Below are positions 51,298 through 61,270 of a DNA stretch of 64,000 nucleotides, piece after piece. The notes below the pieces were generated by a model. That model did not search any database and had not been told where the DNA came from. It saw nothing but the letters and a program-made list of their open reading frames with translations. Source of the stretch: Methanotrichaceae archaeon (lineage in GTDB: Archaea > Halobacteriota > Methanosarcinia > Methanotrichales > Methanotrichaceae); NCBI GenBank assembly GCA_963803145.1, contig CAWDLW010000015.1, positions 256,001 through 320,000 of the forward strand. Reading direction: 5' to 3'. Each line of letters starts with the position of its first letter. Positions within the stretch are counted from its first letter, which is position 1. The position numbers were made by a program, and so were the translations under genes.

Positions 51298-53520
51298 ATG
51301 CATCTTATCATTACAGAGAAGCACGATGCTGCGAAGAGGATTGCCCAGATCCTTGCAGGCGCAAAGCCGAGCTCCAAGAGGACGTCGGGAGTTGAGACAT
51401 ATCATTTCGATAATAAGGTCATCCTTGGCCTCAGCGGCCATATAGTCGGAGTAGATTATCCACCCGGCTATAATAACTGGCAGAAGGTCGACTGCAAGGA
51501 GCTGATAAGGGCCGATATCATTACAAGGCCACTCCAGCCGAAGATAATTTCAGCCCTACGGAGCCTAGGGAAACAGGCAGATAAGATAACGATAGCAACG
51601 GATTACGATAGGGAAGGAGAACTTATAGGCGTCGAGGCCTTAAAGATCGCCCAGGAGGAAAACCCTGGACTGAAAGCCGATAGAGTCAGGTATAGCGCCA
51701 TTACAAACAGCGAGATATTGGCTGCCTTCAAGAATCCAGGAGAGGTGGACTACGATCTCGCATCCTCAGGCGAGGCTAGACAGGTTATCGATCTCGTTTG
51801 GGGAGCCGCCCTAACACGATTCATATCACTCACATCAGGACGGCTTGGCAAGGAGTTTCTATCGGTAGGCCGAGTCCAGTCGCCTACGCTTGCACTCATC
51901 GTGGATCGAGAGAAGGAGATAGAGGCATTTATACCGAAGCCCTACTGGGAAATATACGCCGACCTGGAGAAGGGCCTCAGAGCTCATCATGCCAAGGGGA
52001 GGATTTGGGATAAGGCTGAAGTCGATAAGATTATCGCCAACCTCGGACTTGAGGGAGTCGTAAGATCGATAGAAAATAAGGAGAGGCATGACAAACCGCC
52101 TACGCCCTTCGATACAACAAGCTTTATCTCAGCTGCAAGCGGTATTGGATTCTCTGCAGCAAACGCCATGCGCATTGCCGAATGGCTTTACATCAACGGC
52201 TTCATCTCATACCCAAGAACCGATAACACAGTTTATCCAGCATCCATAAACCTCAAGTCTTTGATGGCACTCTTTACCAAAGGTGCATTTGCACATGAAG
52301 CCAGTCAGCTTCTCAAGGGAAAGATGGTTCCAACATGTGGAAAGAGGTCGACTACAGACCATCCTCCAATCTATCCTACAGCGCTCCCAGAAAAGAAGGA
52401 TCTAAAAGAGGAGCAATGGCGAATCTATGAGCTCGTCATTCGTCGTTTCTTTGCAACTCTTGCTGAAGAATCCATTTGGGCAATTTCAACCCTAAAGTTG
52501 GACATAGGGAAGGAACCTTTCAAGGCAAACGGCGCTAGATTGATCCAGCCCGGATGGCGTGCCTATTATCCATACAGTAAGGCTGAAGAGACCATCCTGC
52601 CGGAGCTTCGTGAAGGCGAGCGTCTGTTAGTTCTGGGCCACGAGGTCCTAGCCAAGGAAACGCAGCCCCCAGCGCGTTACGGTCAGGGAAAGCTCATCAA
52701 GGTTATGGATGAGCTGGGACTCGGCACCAAATCAACAAGGCACGATATCATAAGCAAGCTCTATGCGCGTGCGTATGTCCAGGGCAATCCCATGAGGCCA
52801 ACAAACACGGCTCACGCTGTTGTGGGTACACTCGAGAAATATGCTCCGACGATTACAAAGCCTGAGATGACCCAGACCCTTGAGAAGGATATGATTCAGA
52901 TCTCGGAGCAGAAGATCAAGGAATCGGAGGTCATAGATGAGTCGCGCGAGATGCTTTCATCGGTCTTCAATGATCTTTTAGGCAATAAAGAGGAGATAGG
53001 CACATCATTGAAGGATGGCCTAAGAACAGATAAGATTGTGGGAACCTGCGAAAGATGCGGCTCGGAGCTGTTAGTAAGACGGGGAAGGCAAGGGAAAAGA
53101 TTCATTGGATGCTCAGGCTATCCTAACTGCAAGTTTACACTTCCCCTCCCAAGATCAGGCATACTTGTTGTTACAGATAAGCTCTGCGATAAGCACCGCA
53201 TGAACCATGTAAGGATCATTAACAAGGGCAAGAGACCCTGGGACTTGGGCTGCCCCCATTGCAATTTCATCGAATGGCAGGCAAAGAAGGCATCTGAGCC
53301 TAAGAAGGTCGAGGCGAAGGCAGCTATGAACGGCCTAGCCGATGTCCAGGGAATAGGGCCTAAGACCCTTGAAAAGTTGGCTGCAGCGGGCATAAAAACT
53401 GCAGAGGATCTTCTCCACTCAAAGGCAGCGAGCTTGGCAGAGAGGACCGGCTTAAGCGAGAAGAGGATCACGGCCTGGCAGAAATCTGCCAGGTCACAGG
53501 CTGTATTAGGCAGCTCCTAA
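51298..53520 (+). CDS. topA: DNA topoisomerase I (type IA) with Zn ribbons and C-terminal HhH
   Basis: LIITEK, ATDYDREGE, SVGRVQSP, ISYPRTD catalytic Tyr, GLGTKSTR. Confidence 0.97.
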   Translation: MHLIITEKHDAAKRIAQILAGAKPSSKRTSGVETYHFDNKVILGLSGHIVGVDYPPGYNNWQKVDCKELIRADIITRPLQPKIISALRSLGKQADKITIATDYDREGELIGVEALKIAQEENPGLKADRVRYSAITNSEILAAFKNPGEVDYDLASSGEARQVIDLVWGAALTRFISLTSGRLGKEFLSVGRVQSPTLALIVDREKEIEAFIPKPYWEIYADLEKGLRAHHAKGRIWDKAEVDKIIANLGLEGVVRSIENKERHDKPPTPFDTTSFISAASGIGFSAANAMRIAEWLYINGFISYPRTDNTVYPASINLKSLMALFTKGAFAHEASQLLKGKMVPTCGKRSTTDHPPIYPTALPEKKDLKEEQWRIYELVIRRFFATLAEESIWAISTLKLDIGKEPFKANGARLIQPGWRAYYPYSKAEETILPELREGERLLVLGHEVLAKETQPPARYGQGKLIKVMDELGLGTKSTRHDIISKLYARAYVQGNPMRPTNTAHAVVGTLEKYAPTITKPEMTQTLEKDMIQISEQKIKESEVIDESREMLSSVFNDLLGNKEEIGTSLKDGLRTDKIVGTCERCGSELLVRRGRQGKRFIGCSGYPNCKFTLPLPRSGILVVTDKLCDKHRMNHVRIINKGKRPWDLGCPHCNFIEWQAKKASEPKKVEAKAAMNGLADVQGIGPKTLEKLAAAGIKTAEDLLHSKAASLAERTGLSEKRITAWQKSARSQAVLGSS

Positions 53521-53627
53521 TTTGAAGAACGCAAATAAAAATTCGCGATAAAGATAGTATTGCTAATTATGATTATAACCCCCAATTATTTTATTAATTT
53601 TCAGTCAAGGAGTTACGATTTCCAGCA

Positions 53628-53702
53628 TGGGCCTGGCCGGATTTGAACCGGCGACCACCCGGTTATGAGCCGGGCGCTCTTGCCGGACTAAGCTACAGGC
53701 CC
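53628..53702 (-). tRNA. tRNA with CAT anticodon, probably tRNA-Ile2 (agmatidine type)
   Basis: GGGCCTG acceptor stem, CCCGG-CTCATAA-CCGGG anticodon arm, GGTTCAAATCC; Ile-type acceptor, downstream of tRNA-Asn. Confidence 0.85.
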
Positions 53703-53712
53703 GAAATGGATG

Positions 53713-53802
53713 CGCCGCCAACAGGGCTCGAACCTGTGACATTCTGGTTGCTGCTTTACGACAATTAACAGCCAGACACTCTACCATCTGAGTTATGGCG
53801 GC
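53713..53802 (-). tRNA. tRNA-Asn(GTT) with 17-nt intron at 37/38 (53749-53765)
   Basis: GCCGCCA acceptor, TCTGG-CTGTTA^intron^A-CCAGA, GGTTCGAGCCC; 90 nt = 73 + 17; BHB present. Confidence 0.9.
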
Positions 53803-53859
53803 CCGAACCCATTCCTTAACACACAATGATTTAAGCCTTTTGATTAGATGTAAGTATTC

Positions 53860-54900
53860 ATGCGTGTCCTGAAGAAGAACCTGCGCGGCGATGAAGGCGA
53901 GATCACACTCCTGCCTGAATCGCTCGACGATCTCTGGCACCTTCAGTATCTGATAGAGCCCGGGGACCTGGTGTTTGCACTAACCCACAGAAAGGTCCAG
54001 GCTGCGACAGATAAAGCCCGTCCAGAGAAGCTTGAGCGAAAGCCCGTACGTCTTGGCATTCAAGTAAAGGAGATTGAGTTCCATATCTACTCAAACTGGC
54101 TGAGGCTTCATGGAGTGATAAGGTCGGGCATGGACGTCGGCGCGTATCATACGCTGAACATTGAGGTAGGGACAGACCTCTCGATAATCAAGTACCACTG
54201 GAGGCTTGACCAGTATCAGAGGATAGAGGAGGCTGTTGCAGAATCGCAGAGGCCAAAGGTTGTGCTTGCGCTCGTTGAAGAGGGCGAGGCGACTATCGGC
54301 GTGCTGCGTCAGTTCGGGGTGCAAACGGCTGCCGAGCTTCGTTCAGGCAGCGGCAAGGGTGCAGGCGAGGATTCGCGGGAACAGTTCTTCAGATCAGTCG
54401 CAGATGCTATGGTTCAGGCAGCTGGCGATGATGCCCAGGTGATTTTGGCAGGCCCTGGATTTGCCAAGGAGGATCTTAGGAAGATCATAAATTCGGCTTA
54501 TCCTGATCTTGCGAAAAGGATAACGATGGACGAGGCATCATCGATAGGCAGATCCGGCTTTCAAGAGGTGCTGCGCCGCGGTGCAGTGAACACTGTTCTT
54601 GAGAACAGCCGCATAGCCATGGAGACAAAGCTGATCGATGATCTCTTCAGGGAGGTTGCAACGAACGGAAAGGCTGCCTATGGCCCAAAGGAGGTTGAGA
54701 CCGCCATGAATTATGGCGCAATCGATTATCTGCTTGTGCTAGATGAAGTAGCAAGAAGGAGAACGCTGGAGTCGCTTATGCAAAATGTGTCCAACGCACG
54801 CGGCAAAGTGGTGATCTTCAGCTCGGAGTTCGAGCCCGGAGAGAGACTGCGATCCTTGGGCGGCGTAGCAGCGCTTCTGCGATTCAGAATCACTAAATGA
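53860..54900 (+). CDS. pelA: Ribosome-rescue factor pelota (Dom34)
   Basis: PESLDDLWHL, GAYHTLNI, LAGPGF, AAYGPKEV, LGGVAALLRF. Confidence 0.95.
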   Translation: MRVLKKNLRGDEGEITLLPESLDDLWHLQYLIEPGDLVFALTHRKVQAATDKARPEKLERKPVRLGIQVKEIEFHIYSNWLRLHGVIRSGMDVGAYHTLNIEVGTDLSIIKYHWRLDQYQRIEEAVAESQRPKVVLALVEEGEATIGVLRQFGVQTAAELRSGSGKGAGEDSREQFFRSVADAMVQAAGDDAQVILAGPGFAKEDLRKIINSAYPDLAKRITMDEASSIGRSGFQEVLRRGAVNTVLENSRIAMETKLIDDLFREVATNGKAAYGPKEVETAMNYGAIDYLLVLDEVARRRTLESLMQNVSNARGKVVIFSSEFEPGERLRSLGGVAALLRFRITK

Positions 54901-54927
54901 TCATACAATATCGATTACGGGGATACG

Positions 54928-55791
54928 ATGAAATGCGATAAATGCTCTGCAGCTGCTGTCATATATCAGAAGTACTCGGGAATGCACCTTTGCACTGCGC
55001 ATTTTCAGGAGGATGTCCACCGCAAGATTCGAGGGTCGTTGCGTGAATCTGGGATCTTCGCCCATGGCGCAAAGCTTGCTGTGGCTGTGAACGGCAGCGC
55101 AGACAGCGCTGTGCTGATCTATGTGCTAAAGAGCCTTTTCTCGAATAGGAAGGATATTGAGCTTGTGGCAATCATGATCGACGAGGGGATTGATGGCTAT
55201 AGATATCAGGCCCTGGATTGTGCCGTAAGGCTGGCTGATGAACTTCATGTTCCTTTTGTAATAAGGCGCTTCAGTGATGCTTTTGGAGCTACGATGGATG
55301 ATCTTCACGATGTTAAAGAGCCGTGCTCTATCTGTGAGCCAATGAGAAACGAGCTTCTGAACATGACAGCCACTCAAGTTGGCGCGAATGCACTGGCTAT
55401 TGGCAGTAGTCTGGATACAGAGGCCGCAGAGATCATGCTTAGGTATCTTCATGGAGATATCGAAGGCACATCAGATATATCGGGTATATCAGGTACATCA
55501 GGTACAGCGAGTACTATGGGCATATCCCCTCACAACGCAGGAGAAAAAATCCCTGTTATAAAGCCGCTAAAGCGCATTCCTTCAGAAGAGGCCAGGCTTT
55601 ACGCGAGAAACCTCGGGATCTGCTTCACTTCAACCCCTTGCCCATATGCCCGCGGACTACTGACGGATGTCAAAAAAGAGCTTAGGGGATTTGAAGCAAG
55701 GCATCCGGGCACAAATTATTCGCTGCTACGAAGCCGGGAGCGTATGGCAGAGCTTCGCCTATTGCGCGATAAAGAGGGGCAAAGCCTTTAA
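54928..55791 (+). CDS. TtuA/NcsA (tRNA 2-thiolase)-like protein with degenerate PP-loop
   Basis: N-terminal CDKC..HLC..HF Zn finger, IDEGIDGYR, PCSIC, CPY; SGGKDS appears as NGSADS and GHNLDD as GSSLDT. Confidence 0.75.
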   Translation: MKCDKCSAAAVIYQKYSGMHLCTAHFQEDVHRKIRGSLRESGIFAHGAKLAVAVNGSADSAVLIYVLKSLFSNRKDIELVAIMIDEGIDGYRYQALDCAVRLADELHVPFVIRRFSDAFGATMDDLHDVKEPCSICEPMRNELLNMTATQVGANALAIGSSLDTEAAEIMLRYLHGDIEGTSDISGISGTSGTASTMGISPHNAGEKIPVIKPLKRIPSEEARLYARNLGICFTSTPCPYARGLLTDVKKELRGFEARHPGTNYSLLRSRERMAELRLLRDKEGQSL

Positions 55792-55819
55792 GAATAGACG
55801 AGAAAATAATCTCTAGCGC

Positions 55820-55894
55820 GCCTCGGTAGCTCAGCTGGTTAAGAGCGATTGACTTGTAATCAATAGGTCGCGTGTTCGAATCACGCCCGGGGCT
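55820..55894 (+). tRNA. tRNA-Thr(TGT)
   Basis: GCCTCGG/CCGGGGC acceptor, ATTGA-CTTGTAA-TCAAT anticodon arm, GTTCGAATC. Confidence 0.93.
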
Positions 55895-55920
55895 TAAAAT
55901 TGTTCTAGGGGTTAACCGTT

Positions 55921-56388
55921 ATGAATATGAGGGCATGCTTGGCTTTACTCATAATAATAGCTATATTGGCATCGCCATCATTCGCAAAGCCGTCTGCCTT
56001 TGCGACGGATAACTCGGACAAGGACCTCCAGGATCTGGAGTCGATGCTATCTGGAGAGCACAGAGGCGCACAGTACGCCGAAAGTGTGCTGCCAAATCAG
56101 ATGCCAAGTCAGCTGCCAAGTCAGCTGTCAAGTCAGCTGTCAAGTCAACTGAGTCCAATTGGCGCGCTTTATGATCCACCTTATAAAAATGAATTTTTAA
56201 ATGATACCTTCTTCGGAGATTTCCTACGAGAGTTGGGGGGAGGTCCCTCAACACCTCGAGCGAACCTGACATGGCCCGAGATTCTCCTCACAGGGCGTCC
56301 CTACTCGAATACGAGCACTACTGTCAAGCCTTCAGGGACCAATAACCATCATATAAAATCGGTATTGGTAAAGGAACCTGATTTCTGA
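55921..56388 (+). CDS. Hypothetical secreted protein
   Basis: Signal peptide; internal (P/S)SQL repeats. Confidence 0.65.
   Translation: MNMRACLALLIIIAILASPSFAKPSAFATDNSDKDLQDLESMLSGEHRGAQYAESVLPNQMPSQLPSQLSSQLSSQLSPIGALYDPPYKNEFLNDTFFGDFLRELGGGPSTPRANLTWPEILLTGRPYSNTSTTVKPSGTNNHHIKSVLVKEPDF
56092..56151 (+). repeat. Five tandem 12-bp coding repeats (consensus CCAAGTCAGCTG)
   Basis: ccaaatcagatg/ccaagtcagctg/ccaagtcagctg/tcaagtcagctg/tcaagtcaactg. Confidence 0.85.
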
Positions 56389-56662
56389 GCTATAGAATCC
56401 TCCTCGACTTTTTAACATCTAATCTAGTCTTACACCTAGGGCATGCTTTAGGCTTGTTCACCCTTGTTTCCCATCCGTAACTGCATTTAGGACATTTCAT
56501 CTGTTTCATATAACTACGGTTGTAATAAGAGTATTAATAACTTTCCATTGATATGAATATACATACTACTCCGATAAACTTCATAGAGAAGTTTCCAGAG
56601 ATATTTAAAACATCCGAGGCGTAAAGCCTTTAATTGAATTGCAGTAGTAAATACAGAATTTC

Positions 56663-57142
56663 ATGAACGAGATTTTGGAGATCCTTTCCGAGAACGCCAG
56701 GGCTACACCTATGGAGATCGCGGCACTTCTGGGCATACCTGAGGACGAGGTCGCCAGAAGAATCAAGAACCTGGAGGACTCGGGCATCATAAGGAAGTAC
56801 GTCACGCTCATCGATTGGGAGAAGCTCGATGGAACTTACGTATTTGCAGTGCTTGAGCTGAAAGTCGCGCTGCAGCGCAAGACTGGATATGATGCAGTGG
56901 CCGAGAGGATCGCCAGATTCTCAGAGGTTGAATCCGTCAGGCTGATCTCAGGGGATTACGATCTCTCGGCGATCGTGAAGGGCAAATCGATGAAAGATGT
57001 GGCTTACTTTGTTGCTGAGAAGATCGCGCCTTTGGAGGGCATACAGTCAACCTGTACCCATTTCATATTGAAGAGCTACAAAGAGCATGGCGTAATATTG
57101 ACTGAGCGGCCTAAGCCCAAGAGGCTGGTGGTGACTCCATGA
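56663..57142 (+). CDS. Lrp/AsnC family regulator
   Basis: ILEILSENAR HTH, LISGDYD; overlaps aminotransferase start (ATGA). Confidence 0.92.
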   Translation: MNEILEILSENARATPMEIAALLGIPEDEVARRIKNLEDSGIIRKYVTLIDWEKLDGTYVFAVLELKVALQRKTGYDAVAERIARFSEVESVRLISGDYDLSAIVKGKSMKDVAYFVAEKIAPLEGIQSTCTHFILKSYKEHGVILTERPKPKRLVVTP

Positions 57143-58332
57143 AACTGAGCCTGAAGAATATTTCCGAGTGGAGTCCGGAGGCTCACCTTTCCAGGCTGGT
57201 GAAGGATATGCCGCCCTCAGGCATACGCAAGTTCTTCGACCTTGTAAACGAGATGGAGGGCGCGATATCCTTAGGCGTCGGCGAGCCTGATTTTGTGACG
57301 CCTTGGCATGTTCGCGAGGCATGCATATATTCACTTGAGTCGGGCAACACCTCGTATACATCCAATAAAGGGATGCCTGAGCTGAGAGACTGCATCTCAG
57401 AGCAGATGAAGGAAGATCTGGGGCTAGAGTATGACCCTGCTGAGGAGATACTCATCACCACAGGCGTAAGCGAGGCAGTTGATCTCGCATTTAGGGCCAC
57501 TCTGAACCACGGGGACGAGGTGATTGTGCCTGAGCCGTGCTATGTTGCCTATGCACCAGACGTTGAATTGGCAGGCGGAGTTCCACGGATGGTTCCAACG
57601 AGGCTAACAGAAGAGTTCAAGGTCAGGCCTGAGGACATATCCTCAGCTATAACCGACAGATCAAAGGCTCTGATGCTCAGCTATCCCAACAACCCAACAG
57701 GCGCAATCATGACCCGCCAGGATCTTGAGGAGATCGCCGATGTCGTCGTTGATAACGACCTCCTTGTGGTGTCGGACGAGGTTTACTGCAAGCTCAGCTA
57801 CTCAGGAAAGCATGCCAGCTTTTCCCAGCTTGAGGGAATGCAGGACAGGACATTGATCCTCAACGGCCTTTCCAAGTCTCATGCCATGACCGGCTGGAGA
57901 ATAGGCTTCGCCCTAGGCAATTCTGCATTAATCGGCGCTATGACAAAGGTTCACCAGTATACGATGCTTTGTGCACCTGTCATGGCACAGGTGGCGGCAC
58001 TCGAAGCCCTGCAGCGCGGCGAAGATGAGATGCTGCATATGAAGCATGAGTACGACCTGCGCCGCAGGATGTTCGTATCAGGGCTGAACAGAATAGGCCT
58101 GAACTGCTTCGAACCCCGAGGAGCATTCTACGCCTTCCCATCTGTAGAAAGCACGGGAATGAGCTCAGAGGAATTTGCTGAACGCCTGCTTAAGGAGCAA
58201 AAGGTTGCAGTCGTGCCTGGAAATGTATTCGGACCGAGCGGCGAAGGCTTCCTGCGGTGCTCTTACGCAACATCGCGTGAGGAGCTGATCGAGGCGCTGG
58301 ACAGGATGGAGACATTCCTAAACAGGCTGTAA
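57139..58332 (+). CDS. PLP-dependent aminotransferase class I/II
   Basis: SGIRKFFD, LGVGEPDF, PNNPTG, SDEVY, SKSHAMTGWRIG. Confidence 0.93.
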   Translation: MKLSLKNISEWSPEAHLSRLVKDMPPSGIRKFFDLVNEMEGAISLGVGEPDFVTPWHVREACIYSLESGNTSYTSNKGMPELRDCISEQMKEDLGLEYDPAEEILITTGVSEAVDLAFRATLNHGDEVIVPEPCYVAYAPDVELAGGVPRMVPTRLTEEFKVRPEDISSAITDRSKALMLSYPNNPTGAIMTRQDLEEIADVVVDNDLLVVSDEVYCKLSYSGKHASFSQLEGMQDRTLILNGLSKSHAMTGWRIGFALGNSALIGAMTKVHQYTMLCAPVMAQVAALEALQRGEDEMLHMKHEYDLRRRMFVSGLNRIGLNCFEPRGAFYAFPSVESTGMSSEEFAERLLKEQKVAVVPGNVFGPSGEGFLRCSYATSREELIEALDRMETFLNRL

Positions 58333-58427
58333 GGGCTTTAGAAGAATTAAAGAATACACGGATAATAAACGATAAGGACAACAAAGGTTATAGGGATTCA
58401 ACATAAAAGGACTAAAGGATTAAAAGG

Positions 58428-59042
58428 ATGTTCAAGGCGAGGCTGAGATCGGAAGATACAGATAGAATTCTGCAGGGCTTCGCTTCCTTTGGCCTAGGAC
58501 CGAATGCCTGGACGGCGCTGTCCATCATCCCGGCACTTGCAGGCTTTGCCGCCCTGGTATACTACAGACTTGAAATCGGCCTAATATTTTTCGTGCTTTC
58601 AGGATTCATGGATATGATTGATGGGGCTGTTGCACGTGCCACCAATAGCACGAGCAGCAAAGGAGCATTCATCGATGGAGTGCTGGATAGATATATCGAG
58701 CTTCTTCTTATCCTGGGGCTCACGATCTACCTTGGAAAGACCGATTTTCTAGCGGCCCCATCTGAGGTATGGATGGTCTTGCTGCTCTTCGGAGCTGTGA
58801 TGACGAGCTTTGTCAGAGCATATGCAGACCACAGGGGGATCGTTAAGAATCCAGAGGAGCAGAAGAGGATGGGAGGGCTCCTGGAAAGGGCAGAGAGGCT
58901 TATGCTGCTCTATATTGCAATGCTTCTGGGGCTGTTCAACTTAAGCTGGATGATGATTGTAATAGCAATAACTGCAGTGCTTGCAAACGCTACGGCGATA
59001 CAGAGGATTCTGTTTGCGCTAAGGCATGGAAATGGCAGGTAA
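58428..59042 (+). CDS. CDP-alcohol phosphatidyltransferase (archaetidylinositol-phosphate synthase-like)
   Basis: DMIDGAVAR..GAFIDGVLDRY signature; GLLERAER. Confidence 0.9.
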   Translation: MFKARLRSEDTDRILQGFASFGLGPNAWTALSIIPALAGFAALVYYRLEIGLIFFVLSGFMDMIDGAVARATNSTSSKGAFIDGVLDRYIELLLILGLTIYLGKTDFLAAPSEVWMVLLLFGAVMTSFVRAYADHRGIVKNPEEQKRMGGLLERAERLMLLYIAMLLGLFNLSWMMIVIAITAVLANATAIQRILFALRHGNGR

Positions 59043-59371
59043 GATTATGGCCCGTTATTTTATCATAGGTTATGTATTCGTGCACTTTTGACCCAACCAC
59101 AAAGGCAGCATATTAAATCTTGTCCCATCAACCTCATCGCCTGTGTTTCCAAAACATTCCTTCGAAAATGGGTTAGGGGTAGCCCGCATGGCAACAGAGT
59201 ACGCTAGTATAATCGTTAGTAGCAGCCCCAAATGCGAAAGTCAGAGCAGTTTTGGAATGTACGCTCTTGGATTATAATCTCTAGAAGAACACTATCGTAT
59301 GGGAAGCAGCTGGCCCAAATGAAGTGTAGGCAGTTCATCGTTTGGCTACTGCTAGTCATCTGCGACAGCTA

Positions 59372-61054
59372 TCACCCCATCGGGTTCAATGGATCAGACC
59401 AATATGGACCCGATCTTGGCGAGTTATAATTTGCATTGTAGGGCGGATTTGGGTTGTGTATGTGACCTATTGAAATGGGATCCTCCAAGTCATTAACTCC
59501 TTCATAGTCCAAATATGGTCGGTAATCAATTCAACCATCGCAGGCGTTCGAGGGATCCATTTTTTAGGATTCAGAGCGAATCCCACTTCTTCCATGTCAA
59601 GGTTTATCTCAATTTTTAAAGAATCATGCGGCTTAACGAAGTTGTACCAAGCTTGGAAAAAGTCTATTGCGCCGGTATGAATTTGCCTATCTTTACTAAA
59701 GTTCATAGACTCACGTATAAACCTGGCCAGATAATTCCTGAAAGTGAGATTCATTCGTTCGACGTAGGATGTCTGGATATGTTCTTTCGATGTTGGGCAA
59801 AGCAGTTCAAGCACATCTTTCGGGTCACCATATACAATCCGTTCAAATGTGTTAACCACTTCATCATTCTTTTTATTTTTCACAATTTGAGCATATTTAA
59901 GGTCAGGAGGAGGAACAAGTATAGGATTTGGTTTTCTGCCTAGTCCTTTGTATTCAGGCGTCTCCTTGACACCGTAGACTTCAAGGAGGGCATTGGAAAA
60001 TGGATCCCAATCATCGGAAACGAATACCGGAAGAGGTGTGCCTGTCGCCCGTCTATGTTCTAAGTCACTAAATAAGGCAGTTGCATCTTCTATAGTTCGG
60101 CCACCTTCATGATGGCAGATTAGTAACCTTGATTCAGCATTTATTGCTGTCAGACTATATACGTCACCAACGTCTTTTGAGTCATAGCTACTTACATTTT
60201 TTTGTTTTTTTACAAAATGACCATATTTCATCTATCTGCACTTGTGTAAGATGAAGATGGTTCAGGAAGTAATCATTGACCTCTTTGCAATGATCCGCTG
60301 CCCTTTTGAGCCATCGGCAGATTGTATTTTTATCATGACCTGTAGATCTTGCAACACCACGAATACTGCCTTTTTCTACCAATTGGGCCAGGACATCTAA
60401 GACTTCCTCATCTGATGTGCTTAAACCGAAAAATATTGTTCCGCGAGTCTCGCTGAAACAATGACCACATGTTCTACACTTCAAGAGCGCACGGTTGTTC
60501 TTTCCATAGTGATCTTTTATCACTATGTTGCCTTTATCGTTTATGCCATAATCCTGGCAGCCTTCATGATGGCACCAGTAATCGGACAATGTAATATCAG
60601 ACATTTTTGATACATCCCTTTTAAAGAATGTATCATTATAAACATATAACTATTTCATCGGAACGCATACACGACCCGGATTTGTATAGTAAGGTGAATT
60701 TGTGTAGTAAGGCGAATTGGGATAGTAGGGCGGATATGCGTTGGGAGCATAATAGCCATCGTGATTAAGAAAATTGTTGACTTCCTGCTCCCATATCATC
60801 TGCTCATAGTAGGCCCTGCCTGGACATGTTCCGTTGAAGAAAGACCATAATTCGCAATACGACCCATCAGGGAAGTAGCAGTTGCCACCGCTAGGACAGC
60901 CACCATGCTGTATACAGTAAGCTTGAGCAGCATTCCCGGCCTGACATTGACCGGGACCATAGGACCCGAAGCCTTGGGCGCATACAGGCTCAGCTATAAA
61001 AATTAGTCCGATGATCATCAGCACCATCAGTGCATTTTTATCATGCGTAAACAT
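59372..61054 (-). pseudogene. Secreted DUF333-like protein interrupted near its 3' end by IS1 copy B
   Basis: Signal peptide, AQAYCIQHGG..CYFPDGSYCELWSFFNGTC; removing the IS and one TSD restores ..YTNPPYNANYNSPRSGPYWSDPLNPMG* (stop 59372-59374). Confidence 0.75.
59452..60676 (-). mobile_element. IS1-family element, copy B (1225 bp), near-identical inverted copy of 28485..29709
   Basis: Same TIRs; 8-bp TSD CGGATTTG (59444-59451, 60677-60684); proteins differ from copy A only by H->P in ORF2. Confidence 0.95.
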
Positions 61055-61232
61055 CCCTCCTTAGTATCCCTCTTTTCTGCTTAGTATCTATCTTATCCAA
61101 TATAAGGAGATAGCACGACCGAGAGATTGGAAAGCATAAGGGAAATGATCAACTCTTATCCGGAGAATACTCAAGCGCATTTTACTACTGACAAATAATC
61201 CTGCTTAAAAGCTATAGCATCTTTCTAAATGG

Positions 61233-61265
61233 CAAAAACAGAAAAGGTCTGGGCGAGAGCCCAGA
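61233..61265 (-). terminator. Hairpin plus T-tract terminator
   Basis: TCTGGGC-TCTC-GCCCAGA followed by CCTTTTCTGTTTTT on minus strand, just after the stop of 61271..62131. Confidence 0.6.
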
Positions 61266-61270
61266 GCGGT

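Noticed and set aside
53605-53940. 111-aa minus-strand ORF
   Set aside because: Overlaps two tRNA genes and the pelota start; spurious
56092-56151. Possible CRISPR array
   Set aside because: Contiguous 12-bp coding repeats without spacers; no cas genes or spacer arrays seen in the window
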